A program made the position numbers and the translations under genes. Below, piece by piece: positions 1 to 10,236 of a stretch of DNA of 64,000 nucleotides. The notes under the pieces were generated by a model. It did no database searches, was not told the DNA's origin, and saw only the letters and a program-made list of their open reading frames with translations. The first letter of the stretch is position 1; each line of letters starts with the position of its first letter. Source of the DNA: an uncultured virus (IMG/VR IMGVR_UViG_3300032007_000039) (lineage: Duplodnaviria; Heunggongvirae; Uroviricota; Caudoviricetes); the IMG/VR virus record IMGVR_UViG_3300032007_000039; one strand, given 5' to 3'.

Positions 1-3
1 TTT

Positions 4-459
4 CTATATCCCAAATTCAATTATTATATCTTTTTGTATATCTTTCTTAATTCTGTTATATTTTGATAAATAATTTGCTAATTCTATAGTTGCTCTTTTT
101 AAATAAAATTGATATTCATCATCTGTGTACCATCCAATATATTCCATATCATTAAATAATGTTTTTATGTCACATTCTCCATACATGAAATTTAATGGTA
201 TGAAGCTTATTTGTAATTCACTTATATCTGATTGTTTTTCTTTGAAATATATTTTTTTATTATAAATTTCAAAATCATATTGATTTTTTTTGCCTTTAAA
301 GTATAGATTAATAGTTATTTGCAAATTCCAAAATTCACTTTGTATTTTATACCATACAGTTTTCATTTTTATACTCCATATATCTTTACTAACTGCGTAT
401 AAACCATTTGTTGTTTTCATAAATTTGGTGATATATTTTTTTCTTCTACGAAATCTCAA
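4..459 (-). CDS. hypothetical protein, C-terminal G-hydrophobic group (ends EFGI)
   Basis: ORF track; start codon uncertain. Confidence 0.7.
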   Translation of the reverse strand: MRFRRRKKYITKFMKTTNGLYAVSKDIWSIKMKTVWYKIQSEFWNLQITINLYFKGKKNQYDFEIYNKKIYFKEKQSDISELQISFIPLNFMYGECDIKTLFNDMEYIGWYTDDEYQFYLKRATIELANYLSKYNRIKKDIQKDIIIEFGI

Positions 460-530
460 TTCATAACGTCTCGTTCATACATGGTTTCTAGTTCATTACA
501 TTCATCCATATATAATTCTTTAACCATAAT

Positions 531-884
531 TTACATTCCATTCATTAATATTTGACTTTCTTTTACTCTTTTGAATAAAATCCTGTTATATTTAAAAAAT
601 GGGTCATAATAATCGGCATAAATATCTTTACTTTCCATTTGTATATAGAATTTTTTATTATTACGATATAATTCTTGAATTAATTTCTGCGTAGCAATAA
701 TATATGCAGGTGTAATATCATCATATTTTAATACTATATGAATGAATTTATCATATTTGTTTTTAATGAATGTCATCATTTTAAAATTTTTATTTTCTTT
801 TGTATCGTTATTGACAATATAATTGATTTTATATTTTTTTACTGTATCTCCTATTTTAGTTGACTGTAATTTTATATCTAACAT
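531..884 (-). CDS. hypothetical protein (ends MNGM)
   Basis: ORF 531..974; start moved to ATG 884 after a purine-rich RBS and a TTGACA promoter. Confidence 0.7.
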   Translation of the reverse strand: MLDIKLQSTKIGDTVKKYKINYIVNNDTKENKNFKMMTFIKNKYDKFIHIVLKYDDITPAYIIATQKLIQELYRNNKKFYIQMESKDIYADYYDPFFKYNRILFKRVKESQILMNGM

Positions 885-995
885 TTCTCTCTCTCCTATT
901 ACATTAATTATATCATTTTTTGTCAACAATTTCAAGTATTTTTTGATTACTTTTTGTATATATGAAAAGGACACCTAATCATGGAGGTGTCCTTT

Positions 996-1349
996 TCATA
1001 TTCCATTACTATATACCCAAAATTCTTTTATCTCTCTTTTTAAATCTTTTTTCATATCAGAAAAATCTTTTAATATCTTATTCATTCGTTCTTCTTTTTT
1101 ATACCATATCGTTTGATATGTTTTTAAATATTTAATGCAATTTATATCCTCTATAACATATCCCAAACTATCTTCTCCATATCGAAATCCAAATTCTATT
1201 CCACAATTTTCTTTTCTGATACTAACAACCTTGTTTTGTGAAAATCGTAACCATAAAAATATACCGTTTTTATTCCATATTTTATAACTTTTATAATTAG
1301 GAACATATTTATTTAAATAATTGGTACAAGTAAGTTCATATCCCATCAA
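996..1349 (-). CDS. hypothetical protein (ends SNGI)
   Basis: ORF track; followed by hairpin terminator at ~968-995. Confidence 0.7.
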   Translation of the reverse strand: MMGYELTCTNYLNKYVPNYKSYKIWNKNGIFLWLRFSQNKVVSIRKENCGIEFGFRYGEDSLGYVIEDINCIKYLKTYQTIWYKKEERMNKILKDFSDMKKDLKREIKEFWVYSNGI

Positions 1350-1704
1350 AGACTATCATCCCTTTTTTTATTGATTCAATATATTCTTTATATCCATGTA
1401 ATCCTATTTGTTTTTCATACCTTAATAAGTTGTCATGATAGAATTGTTTGATTATTCCATTTATGTGATATATTTTGCTTATTAAAATGATATTTGCTAT
1501 ATGAAAATAATCCCATTCTTATATATAAGACTTTTTTGTCTTTTTGATTATAATCTATCGTATAATTTTGAATCCACCAATTTAATTCATATCTTTTTCT
1601 GGTTTTTATTAAATTTATTCTTAGTATACCATCATTTATATTAATTATTCTGTACTATTCAGGACGAATTACTTTTAAATGCTCATTGCGTGATATTTTT
1701 ATTT

Positions 1705-2079
1705 TCATAATCCATTTACTCTCGTATACATATCTTTGCAATGATTATGGAATAGTTCTATATTGCTACGAATGATATTACACCATTCATTTCTTTTTTC
1801 TTTTATTCCTCTTTTAAAACAATCATTTAAATGAATACAATTATCCCTCGTTTCAATGGAAAATTTGTACCCATCTATTCCATCTATTACATCTATTCTT
1901 ATATCAAATATCTGTAAAAAATTATTGTGAAAATAAAAGTATCCACTCCTATCTAATATTTTATATGTGATTGTCATTTTTATTTCATTATCTATTAGAT
2001 AAAAGTTTTTATACCATATTTTTTTTGATAGATAATCGTTGACGGGTTTTTTGCTATTCTTTTTTAGTTCTATTTCCAT
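1705..2079 (-). CDS. hypothetical protein (ends VNGL)
   Basis: ORF track, AAGGTG RBS. Confidence 0.75.
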   Translation of the reverse strand: MEIELKKNSKKPVNDYLSKKIWYKNFYLIDNEIKMTITYKILDRSGYFYFHNNFLQIFDIRIDVIDGIDGYKFSIETRDNCIHLNDCFKRGIKEKRNEWCNIIRSNIELFHNHCKDMYTRVNGL

Positions 2080-2136
2080 GCCATTTCACCTTACGATATA
2101 TTTGCTACGTTTTAATATTTCTATATTAGAAAAAAA

Positions 2137-2451
2137 TTATAAACCACTTGTGTATACAATTAAATTTCCTAGAACATCAAGAGTTAAATATTTTCTGATG
2201 TATTGCGTTTGCTCTTTGTAGCCTACCAAAGTGTAAATTTTATACCCTTCATCTATCCGTAAGAAAGTGCTCTTGTTAAAAATCTCTTTTTCTTCGGTTT
2301 TATCAACTATCAAATAAAATTTTATTTCTAGGATATTTTGCAAGAAACTGCTTTTACCCGAATGGATTACAATTTTTAGTTTCCCTATATCTGTATCAAT
2401 ATAAATTTCACTTCGATAAAGCGTTCCTTCTTTCTGCATTAATTTATTCAT
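2137..2451 (-). CDS. hypothetical protein (ends TSGL)
   Basis: ORF track, AGGAG RBS, TTGACA promoter at ~2490. Confidence 0.75.
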   Translation of the reverse strand: MNKLMQKEGTLYRSEIYIDTDIGKLKIVIHSGKSSFLQNILEIKFYLIVDKTEEKEIFNKSTFLRIDEGYKIYTLVGYKEQTQYIRKYLTLDVLGNLIVYTSGL

Positions 2452-2643
2452 TCCCCTTCACTCCTTTATATATACATATTATCACAATTTGTCAATATTT
2501 TCAAGTAAAAAATTGAATAGTAAAACCCTTATCAATTAGATAAGGGTTTTTGTTTGCCTATATGTAATGTTTAAAGGTAATTTATTGTAAAATGTTTTAT
2601 ATTCCTATTTGCTCATTGATGATAGCGTTTAATTTATCTTGGT

Positions 2644-2973
2644 TTAAAAATTGTAAAATGTTTTGTATGTTTTTTCTATATCTTGTTCCTTTGTTCCGTA
2701 TATCTGTTTATTTACTAATCGTAAATAGTCAAATTCTATATTATTATAATTATATATATATCTAATATAGCTAAATTGACAGAACTTTGTACCTTCTATC
2801 GTAATAGTTATGTATACTTTGTAATTGAGTACAAAGATACATAAGGTTATATGGTAGTAATATTCTTTTGTTCTATATTCATATTCTCTAAATTTGGTTA
2901 TATTATTTATTTTATTACTTGAATTATTCCATGACTTCTTAAATTCTATTTTATATGTTTTATATTGCTCCAT
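2644..2973 (-). CDS. hypothetical protein
   Basis: ORF track, AAAGGA RBS; 3' end overlaps a copy of the 14-bp motif. Confidence 0.65.
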   Translation of the reverse strand: MEQYKTYKIEFKKSWNNSSNKINNITKFREYEYRTKEYYYHITLCIFVLNYKVYITITIEGTKFCQFSYIRYIYNYNNIEFDYLRLVNKQIYGTKEQDIEKTYKTFYNF

Positions 2974-3493
2974 TTTTACTTTCCTTTTTGGTATCTATTG
3001 TATATTTTCTCATAATTTATGTATAAATTTAACTTTTTGTCGGGAATTAAAATAATTTTTTGTATATTTATGCAACATTTAGTCTAAATCCTTATTTTTC
3101 AACGTTTTTGTTTTTAGATTAACTTTTTCCTATATATATAATAAAAAATTCTTAGCTCAATGTAAGTTTTTATCCGTAAAATTGTATTTTTACTGACTAT
3201 ATATTATAAAAATGTGATTTTTACCTGTATCTTTATAAGATTTTTGTGAAAATAATACTATTTTTGTAATGTTTTGGTAATTCATGCGCGTGCGCCCATA
3301 TATTTTATTGGTTATTTGATGATTTGTTGATGAATTTAGCAATTTACTAATAGAATGAGTTGTTCATTGGCTTAATTAGTAATATTGTTCATCTAAATCA
3401 AGAATTAATTAGCATAAATTAGTGTAAATTTTTCGTTGTTGAAAAAATTTTGGGGCGAAATGCGCGGTATGATTATATTTATTTTTTCATTGG

Positions 3494-3585
3494 TACTTTT
3501 TTACATAATTTTTACATTGAAATATAAATTATTTATTTTTACGTAGTATACTTTTTTACATAATTTTTACATTGAAATATAAATA
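3494..3585. repeat. two direct repeats of ~37 bp (TACTTTTTTACATAATTTTTACATTGAAATATAAAT)
   Basis: seen at ~3494 and ~3549; partial third copy at ~3611. Confidence 0.85.
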
Positions 3586-3692
3586 ATGTATTTTTATATT
3601 GATTTATTTCACATTGAAATATGAATGAAGTATGGTTTTAATTTAACTGTTTTATTGTACCATTTAAATTATTTAATTTCATATTTATTTGG

Positions 3693-3762
3693 TATAATTG
3701 GAAAATATGTTATAATTGGAAAATATGTTATAATTGGAAAATATGTTATAATTGGGAAAATA
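3693..3762. repeat. 18-bp tandem repeat TATAATTGGAAAATATGT, about 3.8 copies
   Basis: direct reading. Confidence 0.95.
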
Positions 3763-4262
3763 AAGATTGTTTATGTTTATGTTAATTTCTTCTTCACATA
3801 CTTCATATACATTATATAAAATTTATATCTTTATCCTAGATTTATTTATCGAAAACATATCTTGTTTGATACATCTGCATGAAGATGACTTTTATTTTGA
3901 AGAATAATTTTTTTAGTTACCATTTTTCTTTATATTACACTTTTTCTTGAAAACATTTTTATAAGGTTTATTTATTTTATTATGTATGCTTTTTTGATAT
4001 AAATTTGAGTTATTTTATTGACACTTTGGTATAGATTACGTTTTCATCGTTGAAAATACTGAACAATTTTGACAGGGAATTTTTCTTAAAGATTTTTTCC
4101 GTTTTATTGGTATACAAGGATTATTTATGAATAATAAAAATACACGTTCATTTTAACGTGTATAATTTATATTTATCTTTAGTGTAAATATAATTGATGA
4201 ATTTTATTTTCTTTATTTTCTAAAAGATTATATATATATATTTGTTCATAAATTATATATAT

Positions 4263-4724
4263 TTATAATCCTTCTTCAGAAATTAATATATAGCAATAAT
4301 CATTAATCTGTTGAATAAATGATTTAATCTGATTAAGGTCATTTTCTGATAAATGTTCTTTTTTATTAGTAGGGATAGATTGTAAAAATTGATATTGTAA
4401 AGTATCTAAAAGTGTATTATTATTTTCGATTTGGTAATAATTAACTCCGTGCAAAATATATCGTAATGAAGTAGATTGAGATTTTTGTTGTTCTATGAAT
4501 TGAAATGCTTGTTTTTCATCTAGGATAATTTGCAAAGGCATAAATTGAGTTGGATTTTTGAAAAAAAATTTTTTAATAGAAATGTTATATAATGGTTTAT
4601 TATTGTTATGTTTGACCGATTGAATATTTTTATAATCAGTAATCAGATTGATATTCAGATAGTAATGGCAAAAGAAAATATGTAATCTATAATTTGGTGA
4701 TGATGATGGATAATAAGCGTGCAT
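4263..4724 (-). CDS. hypothetical protein (ends EEGL)
   Basis: ORF track, GAGG RBS. Confidence 0.7.
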   Translation of the reverse strand: MHAYYPSSSPNYRLHIFFCHYYLNINLITDYKNIQSVKHNNNKPLYNISIKKFFFKNPTQFMPLQIILDEKQAFQFIEQQKSQSTSLRYILHGVNYYQIENNNTLLDTLQYQFLQSIPTNKKEHLSENDLNQIKSFIQQINDYCYILISEEGL

Positions 4725-4753
4725 GATTAATAAACCTCATTTATGATAAATCA

Positions 4754-5194
4754 TTATAAACCTCTCACATAGGAAAGATTATTTCTAGTTTTATGAAAGA
4801 TAATAGGTAATGTTTGCAGTAAATTTTGTTTTAGATTTGTATAAATATAGTTATCTTGAACATTTGTTATAATACGTTTGGATAGTGAATTAAAATTATG
4901 ATTAAATTTCATAGGAACATAGTCCACATAAATTAATTCATTTTGATTGTTTAAATGTGTAATATAAATATCTAATGATGGGTTAGGAATAGTTAAGGTA
5001 ATGTATAAATCGGATTGATTATTTACTACATTCAATTGTTTTTTATGTTGAAAATACCCTTGTTTCAATGCAAAATCATTGGCAGTAAAACAAAGATTAT
5101 AAGTAAGTAAATATGTATTTTCATTTATTGATGGATAAGATAATGGGAAAGAAAAAGGATATGTATAATCGAATTGACTATGAATATAAGTCAT
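4754..5194 (-). CDS. hypothetical protein (ends VRGL)
   Basis: ORF 4754..5275; start moved to ATG 5194 after AAGGTG. Confidence 0.7.
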   Translation of the reverse strand: MTYIHSQFDYTYPFSFPLSYPSINENTYLLTYNLCFTANDFALKQGYFQHKKQLNVVNNQSDLYITLTIPNPSLDIYITHLNNQNELIYVDYVPMKFNHNFNSLSKRIITNVQDNYIYTNLKQNLLQTLPIIFHKTRNNLSYVRGL

Positions 5195-5210
5195 TGGTAG
5201 TTCACCTTCT

Positions 5211-5870
5211 TTACATACCATCATATAATGCGTGGGTAGACTGCATGATATGAATAATATATTTGTTGTAGACATTAAGATAACTTTTTAATAAAAGATA
5301 ACTTTTTAATAAATGTTCAATAAAAGTATCTGTTGTATACTTATAAATAATATTATTGATAAAAAGATTTGTTTTATGGTTTGGCATATTCGGGAAAAAT
5401 TTTTTCAATTGTTTTGTAATATGATTGTAATCTAGGTCAATACAAAAGGTGATTTGGCATAAATTATCAGTATTACCTGTTTTTTTATTTGTGGATTGAA
5501 TAGTTGTATTCACATCAAAATATTTTCTTAATTTATGAAAATTATAAAATTGTAACTGATTTTTTACATGATAAAAAGAAAACTTTAATGTAATACTATT
5601 TTGATAAAGGCTTTTATTGTTATGATTTTTATGGTAATTAGCAGAATTGATATTATCATATATAATTATCTGATAATCTTCATAATACGTATTATCGGAT
5701 ATATGAAAATTTTGTTTCATATATAAACTTGTATTTGTCTGCTCATTAGTCATAATATAATGATAACATAACAGTTCTTTTGCCACGGACGGTTTATGAT
5801 AATGATATAACTGTTGTCGATAAATAGATAACTGTTTATCTTTAAAGTATGAATTGTATTCAGGTATCAT
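5211..5870 (-). CDS. hypothetical protein (ends YDGM)
   Basis: ORF track, tightly packed operon. Confidence 0.75.
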   Translation of the reverse strand: MIPEYNSYFKDKQLSIYRQQLYHYHKPSVAKELLCYHYIMTNEQTNTSLYMKQNFHISDNTYYEDYQIIIYDNINSANYHKNHNNKSLYQNSITLKFSFYHVKNQLQFYNFHKLRKYFDVNTTIQSTNKKTGNTDNLCQITFCIDLDYNHITKQLKKFFPNMPNHKTNLFINNIIYKYTTDTFIEHLLKSYLLLKSYLNVYNKYIIHIMQSTHALYDGM

Positions 5871-5872
5871 TT

Positions 5873-6478
5873 TTATACTCCGAAATAATGAATGTATTCT
5901 ACTTCTGTAAAGGGGTTGATATATTCATACATGAGTTTATTTATGTTTTTTAAAATACGATTATATTTTTTTTGATTGAGTCTTGTTTTGAATATTTCCA
6001 AATGTTCATCAGGGACAAAATACAATGATAGATTTCTTGATGTTTGTTGATAAGCAGATACCATATTCTTAATCAAAAAATGGTTTAAATAAGTATAATT
6101 TTTAGAACATAGTTCTTTACTTGCAAAAAAAGAATAATTATAATTATTGCTATAGCGTTGTGCAGTCAATTCGTCGGTAATATCCATAAATTCTATACTC
6201 ACAAAAACCTGTTTTTTATTTGTAATCTCAAATTCTATTTTGAAACGAAATATATCATAATTGAATGTGCATTTGCATGATATACGATTTAGCAGATTAA
6301 CAAAAATAGGGGCTTGTTTTATTTGTTTTGGAATAGGAATATCATATACAATTGTTACATTGGAAAGATTTTTGTATTGATTGATATGATAAATACTAGA
6401 ATAGAACGCACGATTGACGCGCTTTTTTTCTTTATTAATGGGAAATTTTGGCAGGATTGCGTTTTTCATATATTTCAC
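5873..6478 (-). CDS. hypothetical protein (ends YFGV)
   Basis: ORF track, TTGACA promoter at ~6525. Confidence 0.75.
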   Translation of the reverse strand: MKYMKNAILPKFPINKEKKRVNRAFYSSIYHINQYKNLSNVTIVYDIPIPKQIKQAPIFVNLLNRISCKCTFNYDIFRFKIEFEITNKKQVFVSIEFMDITDELTAQRYSNNYNYSFFASKELCSKNYTYLNHFLIKNMVSAYQQTSRNLSLYFVPDEHLEIFKTRLNQKKYNRILKNINKLMYEYINPFTEVEYIHYFGV

Positions 6479-6595
6479 CTTCTTATATATTATAGGTAAA
6501 GTATATCATATTTTGTTATTATTTGTCAATATTTTTAAATATATTTTTTAAATAAAAATCCTCTATCTATGATAGAGGATTTAAAATTCATTGGT

Positions 6596-6958
6596 TTAAT
6601 CTCCGTCCCAAATCCCATCAGGACGCATTTCTGCCATTGTTTTCAGTTGGATAAGTGCGCGTTTTGCGTTCCCTTCTGTAGCATCCCAATAATTATTAGA
6701 TACATCATCATTTAGATTGTTGATAGCATTGGTTAGAATTGGAATAGACTGTGCGCCTGTTTTTCCATAAATGGAACGGATACCTTTTTCCCCTAGTACA
6801 TTATCCTTGTAATAATGCTTACTGTAATTGTACGTTACATTTAGGTACAGTTCTGTCGTTCCATTGATTGCATACATCCCCCCACGCATAAAGTGAGGAT
6901 GGTCTACATTCAATACTTCATGCGTAATCGGGTCTGTCAGTCTAATATCATAACTCAT
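6596..6958 (-). CDS. phage hypothetical protein (NVTYNYS...YWDATEGNA motifs)
   Basis: ORF, GGGGAG RBS, terminator at ~6555-6583. Confidence 0.85.
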   Translation of the reverse strand: MSYDIRLTDPITHEVLNVDHPHFMRGGMYAINGTTELYLNVTYNYSKHYYKDNVLGEKGIRSIYGKTGAQSIPILTNAINNLNDDVSNNYWDATEGNAKRALIQLKTMAEMRPDGIWDGD

Positions 6959-7008
6959 TGTTTATTCTCCCCTTTCATACTTTTACTTCATAATACCACC
7001 ATTTTTTC

Positions 7009-7099
7009 TATTTGTCAATATGGAATATCCAGATATTTGTCAATATGTAATATCAAGATATTTGTCAATATGTAATATCAAGATATTTGTCAATATGTA
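7009..7099. repeat. 25-bp tandem repeat (ATATTTGTCAATATGTAATATCAAG), about 3.5 copies, each with a minus-strand TTGACA
   Basis: direct reading. Confidence 0.9.
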
Positions 7100-7390
7100 T
7101 TTTTATATATCATAAGTATTTATAAAAATATTTTTAGTCTGATATATTTTATTTTATTATTAGAAAAGTGTATAATATGAATTATTTTTCAAAAGGAATA
7201 GAGGGAAGTTCCCTTAATCCTGTATTACAGAAAAATAGTATGTACTGATATATGGGAACAAAGTGCTTGCTATTTGTTTTTATATGCAGATATATACATC
7301 TTTCCCATATGCTTTTCTCTATCCTCCTATATATTTAATATAAAGTACCGTGATGAAAGCTACCTTTTATTAGGTAGCTTTTTTATTCTC

Positions 7391-7722
7391 TCAAAAAAAG
7401 GTCTAAAAAATTTTTTGAAAAATTTTTAAAATAGGATTTTTTCATTTCCATTTTTGGTTTTTTATTTATTGTAACATTTGTCCTATATTCTAACATGAGT
7501 CACGTTATTATGCTATACTAATGTTTGTTTTTCAAAAAAAGGTCTAAAATTTTTTTGAAAAATTTTTAAAATAGGATTTTTTCATTTTGGTTTTTGGTTT
7601 TTACCTATGGAAATTTATCGTTGTTATTTTCTATGGAATAATGCTCAAAAAAAAGGTTTAAAATTTTTTTGAAAAATTTTTAAAATAGGATTTTTTCATT
7701 TTGGTTTTTGGTTTTGACCTAT
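7391..7722. repeat. three ~70-bp A/T-tract direct repeats (TCAAAAAAAGGTCTAAAA-TTTTTTGAAAAATTTTTAAAATAGGATTTTTTCATTT-TTTTTGGTTTT)
   Basis: copies start at ~7391, ~7532 and ~7646 in a non-coding divergent region. Confidence 0.9.
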
Positions 7723-8243
7723 ATAGAAATATGGTTTTCTATTGTGTGGTTCAATGTTATTTGCAGACTTTTTATTTATCTTGTTGATATTCTAGGATAT
7801 TATCAAAAAAAAAGTAAAAAATTATATATAAAATTTAAGCGGTGGGTTCAACATTAAAACCCCTTTAAAATAGCCTAAAATCTTCATTAAAAATTGCACG
7901 GTTTTAGAATATGGTTTATTAAAAAATACTAAGAAAAATAATTGTTTTGAAGTGGAAAATTTAATAAACTAATATAAAATTTAAAATAATTTAATTTGAC
8001 AAGAAAAACCCCGTCCGAATGATAAAACATTTTACAGAATTACAAGATATTCTGTCAAAATTGTAAAATGTTTTATCAAAAAGCGGTAAAAATTAAAATA
8101 TAGATTGATTGACGTTAAAATTTGTTAAGAATATAAACAAAAAACGGTTAAATTGCCATGAAAACAAAAAAAATTAAAAAATTAGAACATTAAAAACAAT
8201 AATTTCGTTAATAAAAACAATAAAATTTTTAATAAAAAAGTTA

Positions 8244-8273
8244 TTGACAAAATCACTAGTACATGATATACTA
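8244..8273 (+). promoter_or_regulatory. sigma70/sigmaA-type promoter (TTGACA...extended -10), representative of the cassette promoters
   Basis: ttgacaaaatcactagtacatgatatact preceded by an A-tract UP element. Confidence 0.85.
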
Positions 8274-8331
8274 TATACAGAGTTAAGGGAAAGGACAATC
8301 GTCCGATAGTTCAAAACAGGAGGAATAAAAA

Positions 8332-8742
8332 ATGGAAACGATGAACGCACAGGTACAGGTCAATGTAGCTAACGAGCTTGCTATGGAGCTTGACAAAATC
8401 CGTAGCGCGAAAAAGGAACTCGCACGTCGCGAGAAGGAACTTATTTCTAAGTTCTATGAAGCAGGTATTCTGCATGATAACTACGAGCAGGAAGAAGTCA
8501 CGACGGATAACGTCGTTATCCGCAAAATCCCTGCCTTGTCGGGCAAACGCTATGACGTAGACAAGGCGCGTGCGCTTGCAGATAGCCTTGCTATCAGTCG
8601 CAAAGAGCTTGTCAATCGTGAATGGAAATTCACGGTCAACGAGGAAAAGCTAAACGAGCTTGTGAGTGAAGGGAAGATTAGCGAGGAAGTAAAAGATAGC
8701 CTTGCAATCAAGGCAAACCGCATTAAAGTAGACGTAAAATAA
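8332..8742 (+). CDS. hypothetical protein
   Basis: own promoter, AGGAGG RBS, terminator. Confidence 0.9.
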   Translation: METMNAQVQVNVANELAMELDKIRSAKKELARREKELISKFYEAGILHDNYEQEEVTTDNVVIRKIPALSGKRYDVDKARALADSLAISRKELVNREWKFTVNEEKLNELVSEGKISEEVKDSLAIKANRIKVDVK

Positions 8743-8750
8743 TCCACCAA

Positions 8751-8788
8751 CAGGCAGGGAGAAAAACTCCCTGCCTTTATTTTTTTTG
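8751..8788 (+). terminator. rho-independent terminator
   Basis: AGGCAGGGAG-AAAAA-CTCCCTGCCT followed by a T run. Confidence 0.9.
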
Positions 8789-9080
8789 TAATGTATTCTA
8801 ATCAGATTTTAAGGTTGATTGACCATTTGTAAAATGTTTTATAATTATAAACTGAATTGAAATAAAACATTTTACAGTATATAACCGCCGCCGAGCTATA
8901 CACTATTTTAGCGAATTGTAAAATGTTTTATACATAGCGAGGTTTTTATGTATACATGTATACATAAAAAATCTTTTGATTTATGGTTGACAAGTAAATA
9001 TAGGTGTGCTACAATATACTTGTAAGGTTGATAGAGAGACACCTTACAGAAACGGTTTAAGTATATAGGAGGAAACAATC

Positions 9081-9356
9081 ATGGAAAACATGGAACTGAA
9101 ACAGAACATTGTCAATGCTATTGAAACACTTGAAGAAGTTGAAGGGATTTCTTTGGAGGTGTGTGGGTCATGGCTATGGGTTGATGGTGATACCAAGCCT
9201 GTAAAGGATTTGATTAAATCCGTAGGTGGTAGATGGGCAGCAAAGAAGAAAAAATGGTATATCCGTCCTGAAGGGGCTAAATGGTTTCATAGGAAAGAGC
9301 AGGACATGGAACGTATTCGTGAAGGATACGGAAGTGTCATGGTAAAAGAAGTCTAA
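9081..9356 (+). CDS. small phage protein with a GSWLWV...RWAAKKKKWY domain (DUF5710-like)
   Basis: motif resemblance; promoter, RBS and terminator present. Confidence 0.8.
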   Translation: MENMELKQNIVNAIETLEEVEGISLEVCGSWLWVDGDTKPVKDLIKSVGGRWAAKKKKWYIRPEGAKWFHRKEQDMERIREGYGSVMVKEV

Positions 9357-9711
9357 AGACTTCATACAGGCAGGTGGAAAAATCCACCTGCTTTTATTTT
9401 TTGTAATGTATTCTAATCAGATTTTAAGGTTGATTGACCATTTGTAAAATGTTTTATTGTGAAAATTGATACAACAATAAAACATTTTACAAATATAGTT
9501 TATCTGTTTTTGTAAAATGTTTTATGATGTATAACTAGATGAATTTTTATAATATATTCTAATCTAATTTTAAAATTGATTGACAATGCGACAATTTTTT
9601 AATTAATCTTTTAGCAAAAAATATATAAAACATATTGACAAAAACAATATAGTAGTCTATAATGTATAGTGTAAGGTCAAGGAACAGAGTAAAGTGATAG
9701 GAGGAATTGTC

Positions 9712-9903
9712 ATGAAGTACGTAGTGATTAAATTTAAAGAGATGCAGAAGATTCTGCGGAACAATGGGTATACCTTAGATAGATATAATGGAGACCATTA
9801 TATCTATGTGAAAAGAGGTACTAATCATATCTCTATTAATAGGGAACTTAATCCTATGGTCGCTAGGCGGTTGATTAAGGAGAACAATCTGATTGTTGAA
9901 TAA
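9712..9903 (+). CDS. hicA: HicA-family mRNA interferase-like toxin, no adjacent HicB
   Basis: KEMQKILRNNGY..R.NGDHYIY pattern, 63 aa, GGAGG RBS before ATG 9712. Confidence 0.75.
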   Translation: MKYVVIKFKEMQKILRNNGYTLDRYNGDHYIYVKRGTNHISINRELNPMVARRLIKENNLIVE

Positions 9904-10236
9904 AACAATCACAGAGGGCGAAAGCCCTCTTTTAATTTATCTTAAAATTTGATTAGACAAATTTTAAGATAAATTAGCTATTTGTAAAATGTTTTATAAA
10001 GTTATCAGTTTTCAAAATAAAACATTTTCCAATTTATTGGATAGGCAATTTTGTAATGTAAAATGTTTTATTACTCACGAATTGTACATAAACTATCTAT
10101 ATAATGAAAAAAAATTTTTTCAAAAAAATAAAAAAAGTATTGACAAACATATGCAGGTTTGATATACTTAAACTGTCGAAAGGCGATAGAGAGAAATCGC
10201 CTTTAGGGTTTATAAGATTTATGGAGGTATACTATT

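Noticed and set aside
3625..3819. ORF with GKYVII repeats
   Set aside because: It is the translation of the 18-bp tandem repeat; no RBS.
8023..8075. The 14-bp motif as a CcpA cre site
   Set aside because: It shares TGTAAA but lacks the central CG and the symmetric TTACA arm.
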